A stretch of 64,000 bases of DNA. Source: an uncultured delta proteobacterium (lineage in GTDB: Bacteria; Desulfobacterota; Binatia; Binatales; Binataceae). Under the pieces are notes generated by a model that was not told the origin of the DNA, ran no database searches, and saw only the letters and a program-made list of their open reading frames with translations. Shown in pieces: positions 1-9,543 of the stretch. Each line of letters opens with the position of its first letter. Position 1 is the stretch's first letter. Location: positions 608,001-672,000 of the forward strand of contig CAVXXK010000001.1 of assembly GCA_963765675.1 (NCBI GenBank). Direction: 5' to 3'. The translations under genes and the position numbers were made by a program.

Positions 1-217
1 TGAGATACTCGGCAATTCTGGTGGTATCGCGAAACAGGTATGGCCCGAACAAGGGATCAGCTCGCTGAAAGAAACCGGCGTCACGCACTGCCAGCGGATA
101 GACCGGCCGCACGCGGAATTCCAGGTCGAACTCGGCTTCGAGAGCAACCACCCGCGCGACGGCGAGATATGAATAAGGGCTCCTGAACGACCAGAACAAA
201 TCCACCTGCAAGCTCAT
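1..217 (-). CDS. 2-hydroxychromene-2-carboxylate isomerase / DsbA-like (GST-kappa) family protein, N-terminal part (runs off window)
   Basis: Manual translation from ATG at 217: MSLQVDLFWSFRSPYSYLAVARVVALEAEFDLEFRVRPVYPLAVR; the F-x-SPYSYLA motif is typical of the family. Not in ORF track. Confidence 0.8.
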   Translation of the reverse strand, partial: MSLQVDLFWSFRSPYSYLAVARVVALEAEFDLEFRVRPVYPLAVRDAGFFQRADPLFGPYLFRDTTRIAEYL

Positions 218-384
218 CGATCGTGCTCCATTGCATGCTCCATTGCGCCGATTTTTTGAAAAACTAAACCGATTGCCTCGATGACTTGATCACCGGCAAA
301 ATCTCCGTCCGAAGCAGCGCGCCATCTCCGCGACGCGTCCGGGCATCGGAAAGCCGATCATCCATACTTCAGGAACGCTCTTGT

Positions 385-963
385 TCATCGATCAATTCCT
401 TGCGCGTAGCGGGTGCGGCCGCGTTTCTTCGAGGCGGCTGGGACAAGTCTGGGTTGCGCGAAATGGGCGGGCACCTGCACTGCCTGAAAGGTGCTCCCCG
501 GCAGTCCGCGATCTTTGAGCGCGGGGCCCGGACGCAGGCTCATCTCGCGCGGCGCCACCTTTTCTTTGCAATTCGGACAAGTGAGCACCGGCTTCGTCGC
601 GCGGCCGCAGTTGCGATGGACCAACTCGATCGGCGCGCCGGCGGCACCCGCCATCCAGCGGTCGCCCCACGTGTTCAGCACGACGATCAAGGGAAAGAGA
701 TCGATGCCCTTCTCGGTCAAGCGATACTCAAACCGGCGCGGACGTTTCTCGTACTCGACGCGCGCGAAGATTCCGTCGCGCACCAGCTTGCCCAGGCGAT
801 TGGACAACCTGTGAGGCGTAAGGCCGAGGTCCCGCTGGATCGCGTCAAAGCGGCGGATGCCAAGAAATGCGTCGCGCAGGATCATCAGAGTCCAGCGGTC
901 GCCGACGACTGAAAGCGCCCGCGCGATCGAGCATTCAACGGTGTTGATTTCGTTCCAGCGCAT
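385..963 (-). CDS. HxlR-family winged-helix transcriptional regulator
   Basis: CSIARALSVVGDRWTLMILRDAFLGIRRFD...EYRLTEKGIDL...WGDRW plus C-terminal HxxC/CxxC; start reset to ATG 963 (MRWNEIN). Confidence 0.9.
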   Translation of the reverse strand: MRWNEINTVECSIARALSVVGDRWTLMILRDAFLGIRRFDAIQRDLGLTPHRLSNRLGKLVRDGIFARVEYEKRPRRFEYRLTEKGIDLFPLIVVLNTWGDRWMAGAAGAPIELVHRNCGRATKPVLTCPNCKEKVAPREMSLRPGPALKDRGLPGSTFQAVQVPAHFAQPRLVPAASKKRGRTRYAQGIDR

Positions 964-1026
964 AATCGGTCCTGCCGCTCCACCGGAGCGCTTTGCGTAA
1001 CCTGTCCGCTGAGCTGCTTTCGCGAC

Positions 1027-1206
1027 GGGCGAGATTCCTCGCGATAAACGCGGTGCGAGACGATCTGCACGACGCGGAGCTAGCGCTGGATTCGCGCTCG
1101 GAATGACAATTCTCGCGGTTCTTGTGTCATTCCGAGCGCGCGCAGGCGATGCATAGTACGGTGTGCGCGTCCCTTCGAGCGGCAACAATCGCGAGGAATC
1201 TCGCCC
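1027..1206. repeat. REPIN-like palindromic repeat (GAGATTCCTCGC...CTCGGAATGAC / GTCATTCCGAG...GCGAGGAATCTC family), copy A
   Basis: Outer inverted repeat GGGCGAGATTCCTCGCGA / TCGCGAGGAATCTCGCCC and inner CGCGCTCGGAATGACA / TGTCATTCCGAGCGCG; related copies at 4958, 26956 and 60957. Confidence 0.8.
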
Positions 1207-1255
1207 TCGGCACTAGCACCTCTGTTCGATGGGTTACGCAAAGCTCTCGGGCGGC

Positions 1256-1285
1256 ACAGTAGCTTCCAAAATAGAAGTCAGTCAA
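1256..1285 (-). promoter_or_regulatory. Putative sigma70 promoter for hxlR with an imperfect palindrome in the spacer
   Basis: Minus strand TTGACT-N18-TACTGT; spacer contains ACTTC-tattttg-GAAGC, a candidate autoregulatory operator. Confidence 0.45.
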
Positions 1286-1454
1286 GCTATGCGGAATCAT
1301 CTTTCTCCTGATGGCGCTATGCGTCTGGCGCCTCGGCGTCCGCCACTACACCTCGCCCGGAACGTAACGTGGATTCCGGCACGAGCGCCTATGCCGAATA
1401 CCCTCCCCTCCGCGAGGTGCCACGGGCACGCGGGCGACGCGAATCCTGCTGATA

Positions 1455-1487
1455 CCCTCTCCCTCCGGGAGAGGGCGTGGGTGAGGG
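1455..1487. repeat. REP-like palindrome, CCCTCTCCC/GGGAGAGGG family
   Basis: CCCTCTCCCTCCGGGAGAGGGCGTGGGTGAGGG, intergenic; expanded copy at 41669. Confidence 0.7.
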
Positions 1488-1705
1488 CGGCCTTGCGGCA
1501 TCTTCTCTATAATCGCGCGGCGCTGCTCTGCGATGTATCTCCACATACAGATGACGCTTCGCGCGCGCCGACGGGCCGTCGGCGACCACTGGCGGAAGCA
1601 GGATGAGAGAATCAACCGAGCCGGTGACGGCCCTCTGCTGGAGCAGCGATTCCACTGGTCGATTTCGCTTGTCCGAAATCGTTCATCGGGCTAACTATTG
1701 CGCCT

Positions 1706-2581
1706 ATGGATATCGGAAAAGTTGGAATGTGGTTCTTCCTCGACGCGATGAGCGCGCCCGACAGCGCCGAGTTCGCGAAGAAGGTGGAAAAGGCCGGCTA
1801 CAAGACGCTCTGGATTCCCGAAGCTATCGGCCGCGAGCCCTTCGCGCACGCCGCCTATCTGCTCGACCATACCGAGCGGCTCAATATCGCCACCGGTATC
1901 GCGAATATCTGGGCGCGCGACGCGATCACGATGTCGGCGGCGTCAAAGACCGTCGCCGAGTTGTCGGGTAATCGCTTCATGCTCGGAATCGGCGTCAGCC
2001 ACAAGCCTCTCGTCAGCAATCTGCGCGGGCATAACTACGACAAGCCCTACAGCTTCATGAAGGAATATCTGCCGAAGATGAAAACCGCGCTGTACGGCGC
2101 TCCGAAGCCCAGTGAAGAAGTGCCGGTCGTGATTGCGGCGCTGCATCCGAAGATGCTCGCGCTCGCGGCGGCCGAGACTAACGGCACCCACACCTATTTC
2201 GTGCCGCCGGAGCATACCGCGAAGGCGCGCGCCGCGATCGGTCCCAAGCCGATGATCTGCGCGGCGCAGGCAGTGATCCTCGAGACCGACGCGGCCAAGG
2301 CCCGCACCGCGGCGCGCGGCTATATGAAGACCTATGTCCCGCGCCTGCCCAACTACACCAATAATCTGAAAGCGCTCGGATGGGCCGACGCGGAGTTCGA
2401 AAACGGATGCAGCGACAAGCTGGTCGACGCGATCGTCGCGTGGGGCACCGAGGACAAAATCCGCGACCGAATCAATGCGCATCTGAAGGCCGGCGCGACG
2501 CACGTGTGTATCCTGCCGATTCGGTCGGATAACCCTCTGCTGCCCGACATGCGCGCGGTCGAAGCTTTCGGTCCGAAGTAA
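1706..2581 (+). CDS. LLM-class F420-dependent oxidoreductase (MSMEG_4141/TIGR03620-like)
   Basis: LWIPEAIGREPF, IATGIANIWARD, RFMLGIGVSH, AALHPKMLALA, HLKAGATHVCI motifs. Confidence 0.9.
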   Translation: MDIGKVGMWFFLDAMSAPDSAEFAKKVEKAGYKTLWIPEAIGREPFAHAAYLLDHTERLNIATGIANIWARDAITMSAASKTVAELSGNRFMLGIGVSHKPLVSNLRGHNYDKPYSFMKEYLPKMKTALYGAPKPSEEVPVVIAALHPKMLALAAAETNGTHTYFVPPEHTAKARAAIGPKPMICAAQAVILETDAAKARTAARGYMKTYVPRLPNYTNNLKALGWADAEFENGCSDKLVDAIVAWGTEDKIRDRINAHLKAGATHVCILPIRSDNPLLPDMRAVEAFGPK

Positions 2582-2590
2582 TCGGTATCG

Positions 2591-3031
2591 ATGATGATGA
2601 TGATTCGCACGCACAAGTTTGGCGTCGTCGCGGCGATGGCCGCGCTGACGCTCGCGCTCTCGGGATGCTTCATGACCAGCCAGGAGAAGCAGGCCGAAGA
2701 CGCCGAGGCCGCCGCCTCGAAGGCGCAGGAATCGGCCGCGCGGGCGGAGGACGCGGCCGCAAAGGCGCTCGACGCCGCGCAGAAGGCGACGGTCGCAGCC
2801 GATCAGGCGACCGCAGCCGTGCAGGAGGCGACCAAGGCTCTCGATCGCGCTTCTGATCGGCTCGAACAGCTAAGACAGTTTGAAGACCGGCAGAAGGCCG
2901 CGCGCCACACGCATCGTCACGTCGCCAAGGCCGCGAAACCCGCGCCAGTGGAAAGCGCCGCCGCGACGCCTGCGCCGTCCACCGCCGCCGCGACGCCGTC
3001 CGCCTCGACTTCCGCGCCGCCCGCGAATTAG
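2591..3031 (+). CDS. Alanine-rich coiled-coil lipoprotein (alanine-zipper-like)
   Basis: Signal peptide with lipobox LALSGC, then Ala-rich heptads and a Pro/Thr/Ala tail. Confidence 0.7.
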   Translation: MMMMIRTHKFGVVAAMAALTLALSGCFMTSQEKQAEDAEAAASKAQESAARAEDAAAKALDAAQKATVAADQATAAVQEATKALDRASDRLEQLRQFEDRQKAARHTHRHVAKAAKPAPVESAAATPAPSTAAATPSASTSAPPAN

Positions 3032-3111
3032 ACCGCGCAAGAACTGGGCGATCCGTCTAGAATCTATCCTGCCGAGGCGCCGGTCCGCGCGCGCCTGGCG
3101 GAGACTCGCAA

Positions 3112-4117
3112 GTGCCTGAACCCACCCCCGCAAAATCCGAGGCGCAAGTCCGCGGCGAGCTGATCGCTCCGCCGATGCGGCGCCACGCATGGATCAATAT
3201 CGTCGGACCGCTGTGCGCGATCTTCCTGGGCGTCGCCGGCGCCGCGATCTACCTGAAGCCGATCGGCACGCTTAGGTGGATCCAGCAAACCCGCCTTGCC
3301 TGGTCCGGCGTCACCGAGAACGAAATCGCTCTCGACGACGGCCTGATGACTTACTACATCACCGGCGGCTATTGGGATCAGGATCCGGTGGTGATGGTCC
3401 ATGGGCTCGGCCCCAACGCGGCGCTGGTCTGGCGCGGTGTGATGAGTCCGATCGCCGACGCGCATTACAAGGTCGTCGCACCCAATCTGTACGGCTTCGC
3501 AGGATCGGAACATAAGCAGATCGATTACTCGATCGCGTACCAGGCCGGCGCGCTCGCGCAACTAATCGACAAGCTGAAGCTCGAGCATATCAACCTGGTC
3601 GGCTCCGACCTCGGCGCCGACGTCGCGCTTTACTACGCCGTCGATCATCCGGACAAAGTCGAGCGATTGATCCTCGTCTCAGGCGGGATGTTTGGCGCGG
3701 CGGGCGCTGCGCGCCTGCGCAAAGGGATGATTCCGACCACGCCTGACGCGCTCCAGGCCTATATCGCGCAGAGCTTTTTCGATTTGCCTCCGATGCCCGA
3801 TTTCATGAATCAGCGGATGCTCGCGGCGCTCGCCGACGACATGCCCGCGCAGACCGACATGCTGAACTCGGTGCCGAAAGACGAAGGCACATATCCGTTC
3901 CAAGATCGGGCAGATCTTCAATACGCTGACAATCATCCTGTGGGGCGCAAAAAATCCGTACTACACTACTCACGACGCGGAGGCTCTGCACGCAGCGCTG
4001 CCCGGCTCCGCGACGGTCGTTTTCAAAACCTCGGGACCGTTCCCCCAACTCGAGCATCCCGACGATTTCGCCGAGTCGGTGATCTTCATCGTCAAGCAAA
4101 CCGAAGGCGGCACCTGA
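3112..4117 (+). pseudogene. Membrane-anchored alpha/beta-hydrolase fold protein, frameshifted near 3885
   Basis: VVMVHGLG, GFAGS, LVGSDLG; after ...VPKDE the homologous C-terminus continues in another frame (AHIRSKIGQIFNTLTIILWGAKNP...SGPFPQLEHPDDFAESV...GGT, TGA 4115-4117). Confidence 0.75.
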
Positions 4118-4204
4118 TCGCGGCTGCGAACGCGCGGCTTGCGTCGGGGGCGTTCGCTCTGCGATAAGCGGGTTTTGCTAACCCGCATACAAGGAGCGGA
4201 CTGG

Positions 4205-4855
4205 ATGAAGCTCTACAACATGAATCTTTCCAATTTCGCGACCAAATGCCGGATCGCGATTTACGATAAGGGCCTTCCGGTCGAGATCGCACCGATCCCG
4301 AACAACGACATGAAGTCGCCCGAGTATTTGAAGATCAATCCGCTCGGGAAAGTACCCACGCTCGACGCCGACGGCCTGATAATCGCCGAGAGCGAGGTGA
4401 TCAACGAATATCTGGAGGAAAAATTTCCCACTCCTCCGCTGCTGCCCAAAACGCCTGAGGCGCGCGCACGCGTGCGCGCGTTCACGCGCTTTCACGATCT
4501 GTATCTCGAACCTCCGCTGCGCGCGCTGTTCGGACAGATGAACCCCAAGACGCGCGACGACAAAGTCGTCAACGAGAAGCTGAGCGACGTGAACCTGCGT
4601 CTCGATCAGCTCGACAAAATGCTCGCCGACGGCGGTTTCGCGTGCGGCTCGGATTTCACGCTGGCCGATTGCGCGCTGGCGCCGACGATCTTTTTCACGG
4701 TGAATCTGCTCGGGATGTTCGGGGCCAAGCCGCCGCTGGAAGGACGCCCCAAAGTCGCGGCATGGTGGACGCATGTGCAGACGCGTCCATCGGTCAAAAA
4801 AGCGCTCGGCGAGATGGCCGAAGCGCTAGCCGCAATGAATCGCGGCGCCCGCTGA
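4205..4855 (+). CDS. Glutathione S-transferase family protein
   Basis: YLKINPLGKVPTL, ESEVINEYLEE, FTLADCALAP; ATG 4205 after GGAG. Confidence 0.92.
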   Translation: MKLYNMNLSNFATKCRIAIYDKGLPVEIAPIPNNDMKSPEYLKINPLGKVPTLDADGLIIAESEVINEYLEEKFPTPPLLPKTPEARARVRAFTRFHDLYLEPPLRALFGQMNPKTRDDKVVNEKLSDVNLRLDQLDKMLADGGFACGSDFTLADCALAPTIFFTVNLLGMFGAKPPLEGRPKVAAWWTHVQTRPSVKKALGEMAEALAAMNRGAR

Positions 4856-4957
4856 GCGCGCCGGAGCTTCTCGAGGTGAAGAGGCCGCCGAGCCGGCGGC
4901 CTTACTGTTCAGAATCTCGCGGCTCTGTATAACCCATCGAAGAGGTGCGCCGTGCGC

Positions 4958-5141
4958 GAGGGCGAGATTCCTCGCGATCCCTGCTACTCAACGGGCCGCA
5001 TACGCCACTCTGTGCATCGCCTACCTGCGCTCGGAATGACACACAACCCGCGAGAGTTGTCATTCCGAGCGCGAACAGGCGACGGCTATCGCTTCGTATG
5101 CAGCACGGCAAACAGGAGATATTGCGAGGAATCTCGCCCTC
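4958..5141. repeat. REPIN-like palindromic repeat, copy B
   Basis: GAGGGCGAGATTCCTCGC...GCGCTCGGAATGACA...TGTCATTCCGAGCGC...GCGAGGAATCTCGCCCTC, between convergent genes. Confidence 0.8.
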
Positions 5142-5176
5142 ACGCACCCTCACACGCTCTCGAGGCGTAAGCTCTC

Positions 5177-5698
5177 CTACCAGGGCAGGCCGCACAGATC
5201 GATCGGGCCGCCGGGCCATCCGCGCGCGGTCAGTTTCAGGATCATCGTGTCTTGGGGATAGGTGACGATTCCTGAGGGCTGCCAGAATCGAGTCGGACCG
5301 TCGACGTGAATCCATCCGGCTTTTTCGTATACCGGCGCGACTTTGCGCCGACAGATCAACAATCCAAATTCCGCGCCGAGCTTCGTGCGCATGAGGGCTT
5401 CAGCGGCACGCAGCATCGCGGTGGCGACGCCGCGCTTGCCGTATTCGGGCTTCGTTACGACGTTGCCGATTCCGGCAACTCGGACGCGTTGATCCGCGGC
5501 AGTCATCTCTCGCGTCACGACCTTCAGGCTGCCGACGAGAAGTCCCTCGATGCGGGCGGTCGCAAACCACTCGGCGGGCGCCCACTGATACGCGATGTGG
5601 CCGAAGACCTCGTCAGTCCAGCATTTGAGTTCGCCCTTCAATGCCGGAGCAATCTCGTCCGCGCTCTCGATGCGGACTTCGATCGCGTCTGATCCCAT
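5177..5698 (-). CDS. GNAT family N-acetyltransferase
   Basis: Acetyl-CoA motif VVTKPEYGKRGVATAML, YEKAGW, and C-terminal IDLCGLPW reminiscent of AAC(2')-like GNATs. Confidence 0.85.
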   Translation of the reverse strand: MGSDAIEVRIESADEIAPALKGELKCWTDEVFGHIAYQWAPAEWFATARIEGLLVGSLKVVTREMTAADQRVRVAGIGNVVTKPEYGKRGVATAMLRAAEALMRTKLGAEFGLLICRRKVAPVYEKAGWIHVDGPTRFWQPSGIVTYPQDTMILKLTARGWPGGPIDLCGLPW

Positions 5699-5701
5699 CG
5701 G

Positions 5702-6649
5702 CTATTCTTTGCGCTTGGTGATCTTGTCGATCGCGGCGAGGTCGTCGGGCGTCATCTTCCAGCCGCACGCTTTGATATTTTCGCTGACCTGCTCGGGCTT
5801 GGTTGCGCCGGAAATCACGCTCGAGACCTCCGGCTGCGCAACCAGCCAGCTCGTCGCGAGATCGACCATCGAGTGGCCGGCGCCGCGCGCGTGCTGCTCG
5901 AGTTTTTCCAGCACGGCAAAGTTCGCATCGGAGAGCATCTGACCCGCCCGCGCGCCCATCGCACCGAGGCGCGTGTCTTTCGGCGGTTCCTGGCCGCGGC
6001 GATACTTGCCGGTCAGAAATCCGCTAGCGAGCGGAAAGTAAGGCAGAATCCCGACGCCAAAATGACGGCACGCGGGAATCAGCTCGCGCTCGACCCGGCG
6101 GTCGAGCAGGTTGTATTGGTTCTGCGCCGAGATGTACGGCGCGAGATCCTGCGCGCGCGAGATCCACGCCGCCTCCGCCACCTGCCATCCGGCGAAATTG
6201 CTCGAGCCGATGTAGCGAACCTTGCCCGCGCGCACTATCGCGTCGAGCGCGGCCAGAGTTTCCTCCTGCGGCGTCACCGGGTCGGGCGCGTGGATCTGGT
6301 AGAGATCGATATAGTCAGTCCCCAGGCGCCTAAGACTCGCCTCGACCGCCGCCATGATGTACCTGCGCGAGCCGCCTTTCTGGTACGGTCCATCGCCCAT
6401 CGCCATCCCGAATTTGCTCGCGACGATTATCTCGTGGCGGCGATTTCCGAGCGCCTTGCCCAGCATCTCCTCCGACTTGCCGCGTCCGCCGTAGATATCG
6501 GCGGTGTCGAACAGCGTGATGCCTTCGTCGAGGGCGCGGCCGACGACCGCGCGAGTCTGCTCGGCGTCGATCCGCATGCCGAAGTTGTTGCATCCGAGTC
6601 CCGCGATCGAAACCTGCAAGCCCGAATTCCCAAGTCTTCTGTATTCCAT
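5702..6649 (-). CDS. Aldo/keto reductase
   Basis: MEYRRLGNSGLQVS, FDTADIYG, SLRRLGTDYIDLYQIH, GKVRYIGSSN, PLASGFLTGKY; start at ATG 6649. Confidence 0.95.
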   Translation of the reverse strand: MEYRRLGNSGLQVSIAGLGCNNFGMRIDAEQTRAVVGRALDEGITLFDTADIYGGRGKSEEMLGKALGNRRHEIIVASKFGMAMGDGPYQKGGSRRYIMAAVEASLRRLGTDYIDLYQIHAPDPVTPQEETLAALDAIVRAGKVRYIGSSNFAGWQVAEAAWISRAQDLAPYISAQNQYNLLDRRVERELIPACRHFGVGILPYFPLASGFLTGKYRRGQEPPKDTRLGAMGARAGQMLSDANFAVLEKLEQHARGAGHSMVDLATSWLVAQPEVSSVISGATKPEQVSENIKACGWKMTPDDLAAIDKITKRKE

Positions 6650-6747
6650 GCCTGATAATGTTTCGGCGCACCGCCCACGGTCAATCGCCACGCGGCGCGC
6701 TGCTTGCGCAGGCCTGTGCCCGGTCGTATCGTCGCCGGCAGAGCGCC

Positions 6748-7566
6748 ATGACTGCGAAATTGGAGAATGCCGCATCACCCGCCGAGCTGATCGATCTCGA
6801 GCGCTATCCGATTCTCGATCTCGCCAGCGCACGGGCGCGCGAGCTTGCCCGCGATTGCCGCGTTCAGCTTGATCGCACCGGCGCGTGCGAGCTGCCGGGT
6901 TTTATCAAATCCGATGCGGTCGCCGCTTTAGTGCGCGAGGCCGACGAGCTTGCGCGCCTCGCCTATCACAGCGTGGTCACCGGCACCGCTTATCTCGAAG
7001 CACCGGCGGCGTCCTGGCCGCCGGACCATCCGCGGCGTCATTACGATAAGACCTCGGTCGGCGTGGTCGCTTACGATCAGTTTCCGCCGCGCTCTCCGAT
7101 GCGCCGGCTGTTCGAGTTCGAGCCGCTGATGGAATTTATCGCGGCGGCGATCGGCAAGGACAAGCTCTACCGCTACGCCGACCCGATGGGCGCCCTCAAC
7201 CTTGCCGTGATGGGTGACGGCGAGCGGCTGCATTGGCATTACGATCAGACTGACTTCGTCACTTCGATCGCGCTGCGTCCGGCCGAGTTCGGCGGCGATT
7301 TCGAGTACGTGCCGCTCATCCGCAGCGCGAGTGACGAAAATTATCCGCGCGTCAAACGGCTGTTCGACGGAGACCCGGAAGGCGTCGTGCGCGTGCCGAT
7401 GCATCCGGGAACGCTCTTGCTGTTCGAGGGCCGCAACTCGATTCATCGCGTGACGCCGATTCGCGGCGCGACCACGCGCCTGGTCGCGCTGCTCGCATAC
7501 GACACCAGGCCCGACACGCGCAGCAGCAAGACGCTGCAGATGGCCCGCTATGGGCGGACCGCCTAA
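6748..7566 (+). CDS. Fe(II)/2-oxoglutarate-dependent oxygenase (BesD/HalD-related fold, hydroxylase-type HxD)
   Basis: LHWHYDQ...GGDFEYVP...PGTLLLFEGRNSIHRVTP facial triad H-x-D...H; start ATG 6748. Confidence 0.75.
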   Translation: MTAKLENAASPAELIDLERYPILDLASARARELARDCRVQLDRTGACELPGFIKSDAVAALVREADELARLAYHSVVTGTAYLEAPAASWPPDHPRRHYDKTSVGVVAYDQFPPRSPMRRLFEFEPLMEFIAAAIGKDKLYRYADPMGALNLAVMGDGERLHWHYDQTDFVTSIALRPAEFGGDFEYVPLIRSASDENYPRVKRLFDGDPEGVVRVPMHPGTLLLFEGRNSIHRVTPIRGATTRLVALLAYDTRPDTRSSKTLQMARYGRTA

Positions 7567-7606
7567 GCGCACGCGCAAAACCAAATTACGCTCGCGCAAT
7601 GCGCGG

Positions 7607-8829
7607 ATGCGCGTTGAGCGCGACCTGATCGGTGCGCTCGAAATCCCCGCGGCGGCGCTCTATGGAATTCAGACCTCGCGCGCGGCCGCAAATCTTTCTT
7701 TTTCGGGCCGCACGCTCGGCGACTATCCGTCGATGGTGCGCGGACTCGCGATGGTGAAGTGCGCGGCGGCGCGCGCGAATCTTGATGCCGACGTGATCGA
7801 CGCGAGAGTCGCGCGAGCGATCGAGCACGCCTGCCGCGCGCTATCGCCGGCGGCTATCGCGATCATCTGATCGCCGATCCGCTTGGCGGCGGCGGTGGTA
7901 TCGGGATCAATCAGAATGTCAACGAGGTCATCGCGAACCTCGCAAGCGAGCATCTTGGCGGCAGGCGGGGCGCAGACGCGATCGTGAGTCCGAAGACTCA
8001 CGTCAACGCGTCGCAATCGACCGCCGACGCATGCGCGACCGCGGCGCGAATCGCGATCCTCGAACAGGCGAGCGTGCTTGTCACCGCGCTCGGGGAATGC
8101 GTGCGCGCCTATCGAGCGAAAGCGCGCGAATTTCGCCGCGTGATCACGATCGCGCGCACCTGCCTGCAGGACGCGCAGCCAACTTCTCTCGGCGATTTTT
8201 TTTCCGGCCACGCCGCCGCGCTCGAGCGCCGCAGCGCTGACCTCGCTCGCAGGGTGCGCGAGCTTCGCCGCGTGAATCTCGGCGGCACGGTGATCGGCTC
8301 CGGCAGTGGCGCGCCGGCCGCATATCGGCGCGTAATTGTGCGCCGTCTGCGCGAGGTGACCGGACTCGATCTGATTGCGCGCACGAATCTTTTCGATGCC
8401 GCGCAGAATATCGACGACCTTGGCGCGGTCGCCGCCGCACTCGGGATGCTCGCCGAGGTGCTGCTCAAGCTCGCGCAGGATTTGCGCTTGCTCGCATCGG
8501 GACCCGGCGGCGGCTTCGGCGAAATCACTTTGCCTGCGGTCCAGGAAGGTTCATCGTTTTTCCCGGGCAAGATCAATCCGGTGGTTCCAGAGACGATGCT
8601 GCAATGCTGTTTCCAGGTGCTTGGACACGAACGCGCCGCGCGGCTTGCGCTCGAACGCGGCGAGTTGAATCTCAACGTGTTCGAAGGCGCCGCAGCGGTT
8701 AACCTGCTCGACGCGATTGGGATTCTCTCGCGCGCGGTTGCGCTATTTACCTCTCGATGTGTCGTCGGAATCAGGGCGAATGAAGACCGCTGCCGGGAGC
8801 TTGCGGCGCGCTCGCGGTTCAAAGCCTGA
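7607..8829 (+). pseudogene. aspA: Aspartate ammonia-lyase/fumarase family, frameshifted near 7842
   Basis: MRVERDLIG...LYGIQTSRA in one frame; IAGGYRDHLIADPLGGGGGIGINQNVNEVIAN...HVNASQST...GSSFFPGKINPVVPE in the other. Confidence 0.75.
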
Positions 8830-8941
8830 CCTGTCGATCAGGCGCTTTCCGAATCTAAAATCTTTTCATGGTCTGCGCACGCGATCGGACGCGCGTCTGC
8901 TTTTTGTGCGAGGAATGCAAAGCTCGTCAACGCCGCGCCGC

Positions 8942-8957
8942 TGGCATCCGCCTTGCT
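8942..8957 (+). promoter_or_regulatory. Sigma54 (-24/-12) promoter candidate
   Basis: TGGCATCCGCCTTGCT fits TGGCA-N6-TTGCW with exact GG-N10-GC spacing, 35 bp upstream of the DUF1328 gene. Confidence 0.65.
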
Positions 8958-8992
8958 CTCTTCGAAGCAGAGACTAAGCGGAGGAATTCGAA

Positions 8993-9154
8993 ATGCTGTA
9001 CTGGACGTTGGTCTTTCTGGTCGTGGCGATTTGCGCGGGAGCGCTTGGATTCGGCGGAATCGCGGGCACGGCCGCCGGTATCGCCAAGGTTCTGTTCTTC
9101 ATCTTCCTGGTGATGTTCGTGGTCGCGGTTCTTTTCGGAAGGGCGCTTATCTAG
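8993..9154 (+). CDS. DUF1328 / UPF0391 (YtjA-like) small membrane protein
   Basis: [62 protein letters not shown]; below the ORF-track length cut-off. Confidence 0.92.
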   Translation: MLYWTLVFLVVAICAGALGFGGIAGTAAGIAKVLFFIFLVMFVVAVLFGRALI

Positions 9155-9537
9155 CGATTGTAAATCCCGAGCCAGCGCCGCCGATCTTCGACGATCGCGC
9201 GCCGGCTCTTCAGCAGAGCGTACGCGCCGTCCAGCGTCATCGCACGGCGGCTCGTCAGAAACCACGCGACCACCAGCGGCGCTCGCTCGCATCCTTCCTC
9301 GCAATGCACCAGCACCCGCTTTCCCATCTGGAGATGAGCGTCGATTAGCGCGGCGGTATCATTCATCGAGTCGATACCGCGAGCGAGAATCGGCATATGA
9401 ATCGCCTGCGCGGGCTCGCCTTCCGGGATATCGGACAGCACGTTGATAATCGTGCCCTCGAAGCGCTGCGCGTCCTGCAGATCCCCGACAAAGAGATTTT
9501 CGATAATCTCGCTTTCCCGCCAACCCACCGCTGACAC
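9151..9537 (-). CDS. Dual-specificity protein phosphatase-like protein
   Basis: EIIENLFVG and active-site [13 protein letters not shown] (HCx5R). Confidence 0.8.
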   Translation of the reverse strand: MSAVGWRESEIIENLFVGDLQDAQRFEGTIINVLSDIPEGEPAQAIHMPILARGIDSMNDTAALIDAHLQMGKRVLVHCEEGCERAPLVVAWFLTSRRAMTLDGAYALLKSRRAIVEDRRRWLGIYNR

Positions 9538-9543
9538 CGCGTA

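Noticed and set aside
1229-1655. Short ORFs upstream of the LLM gene
   Set aside because: They translate REP and intergenic sequence (e.g. PHPRPLPEGEG); no coding signal.
3112-4117. Fluoroacetate dehalogenase
   Set aside because: It has an Asp elbow but lacks the GHDRG/Arg-Arg motif and the catalytic His, and lies 34 kb from the fluoride locus.
6748-7566. Radical halogenase (BesD/HalD) linked to the halide theme
   Set aside because: It retains H-x-D (WHYD). Halogenases replace the Asp with Gly or Ala, so a hydroxylase is more likely.
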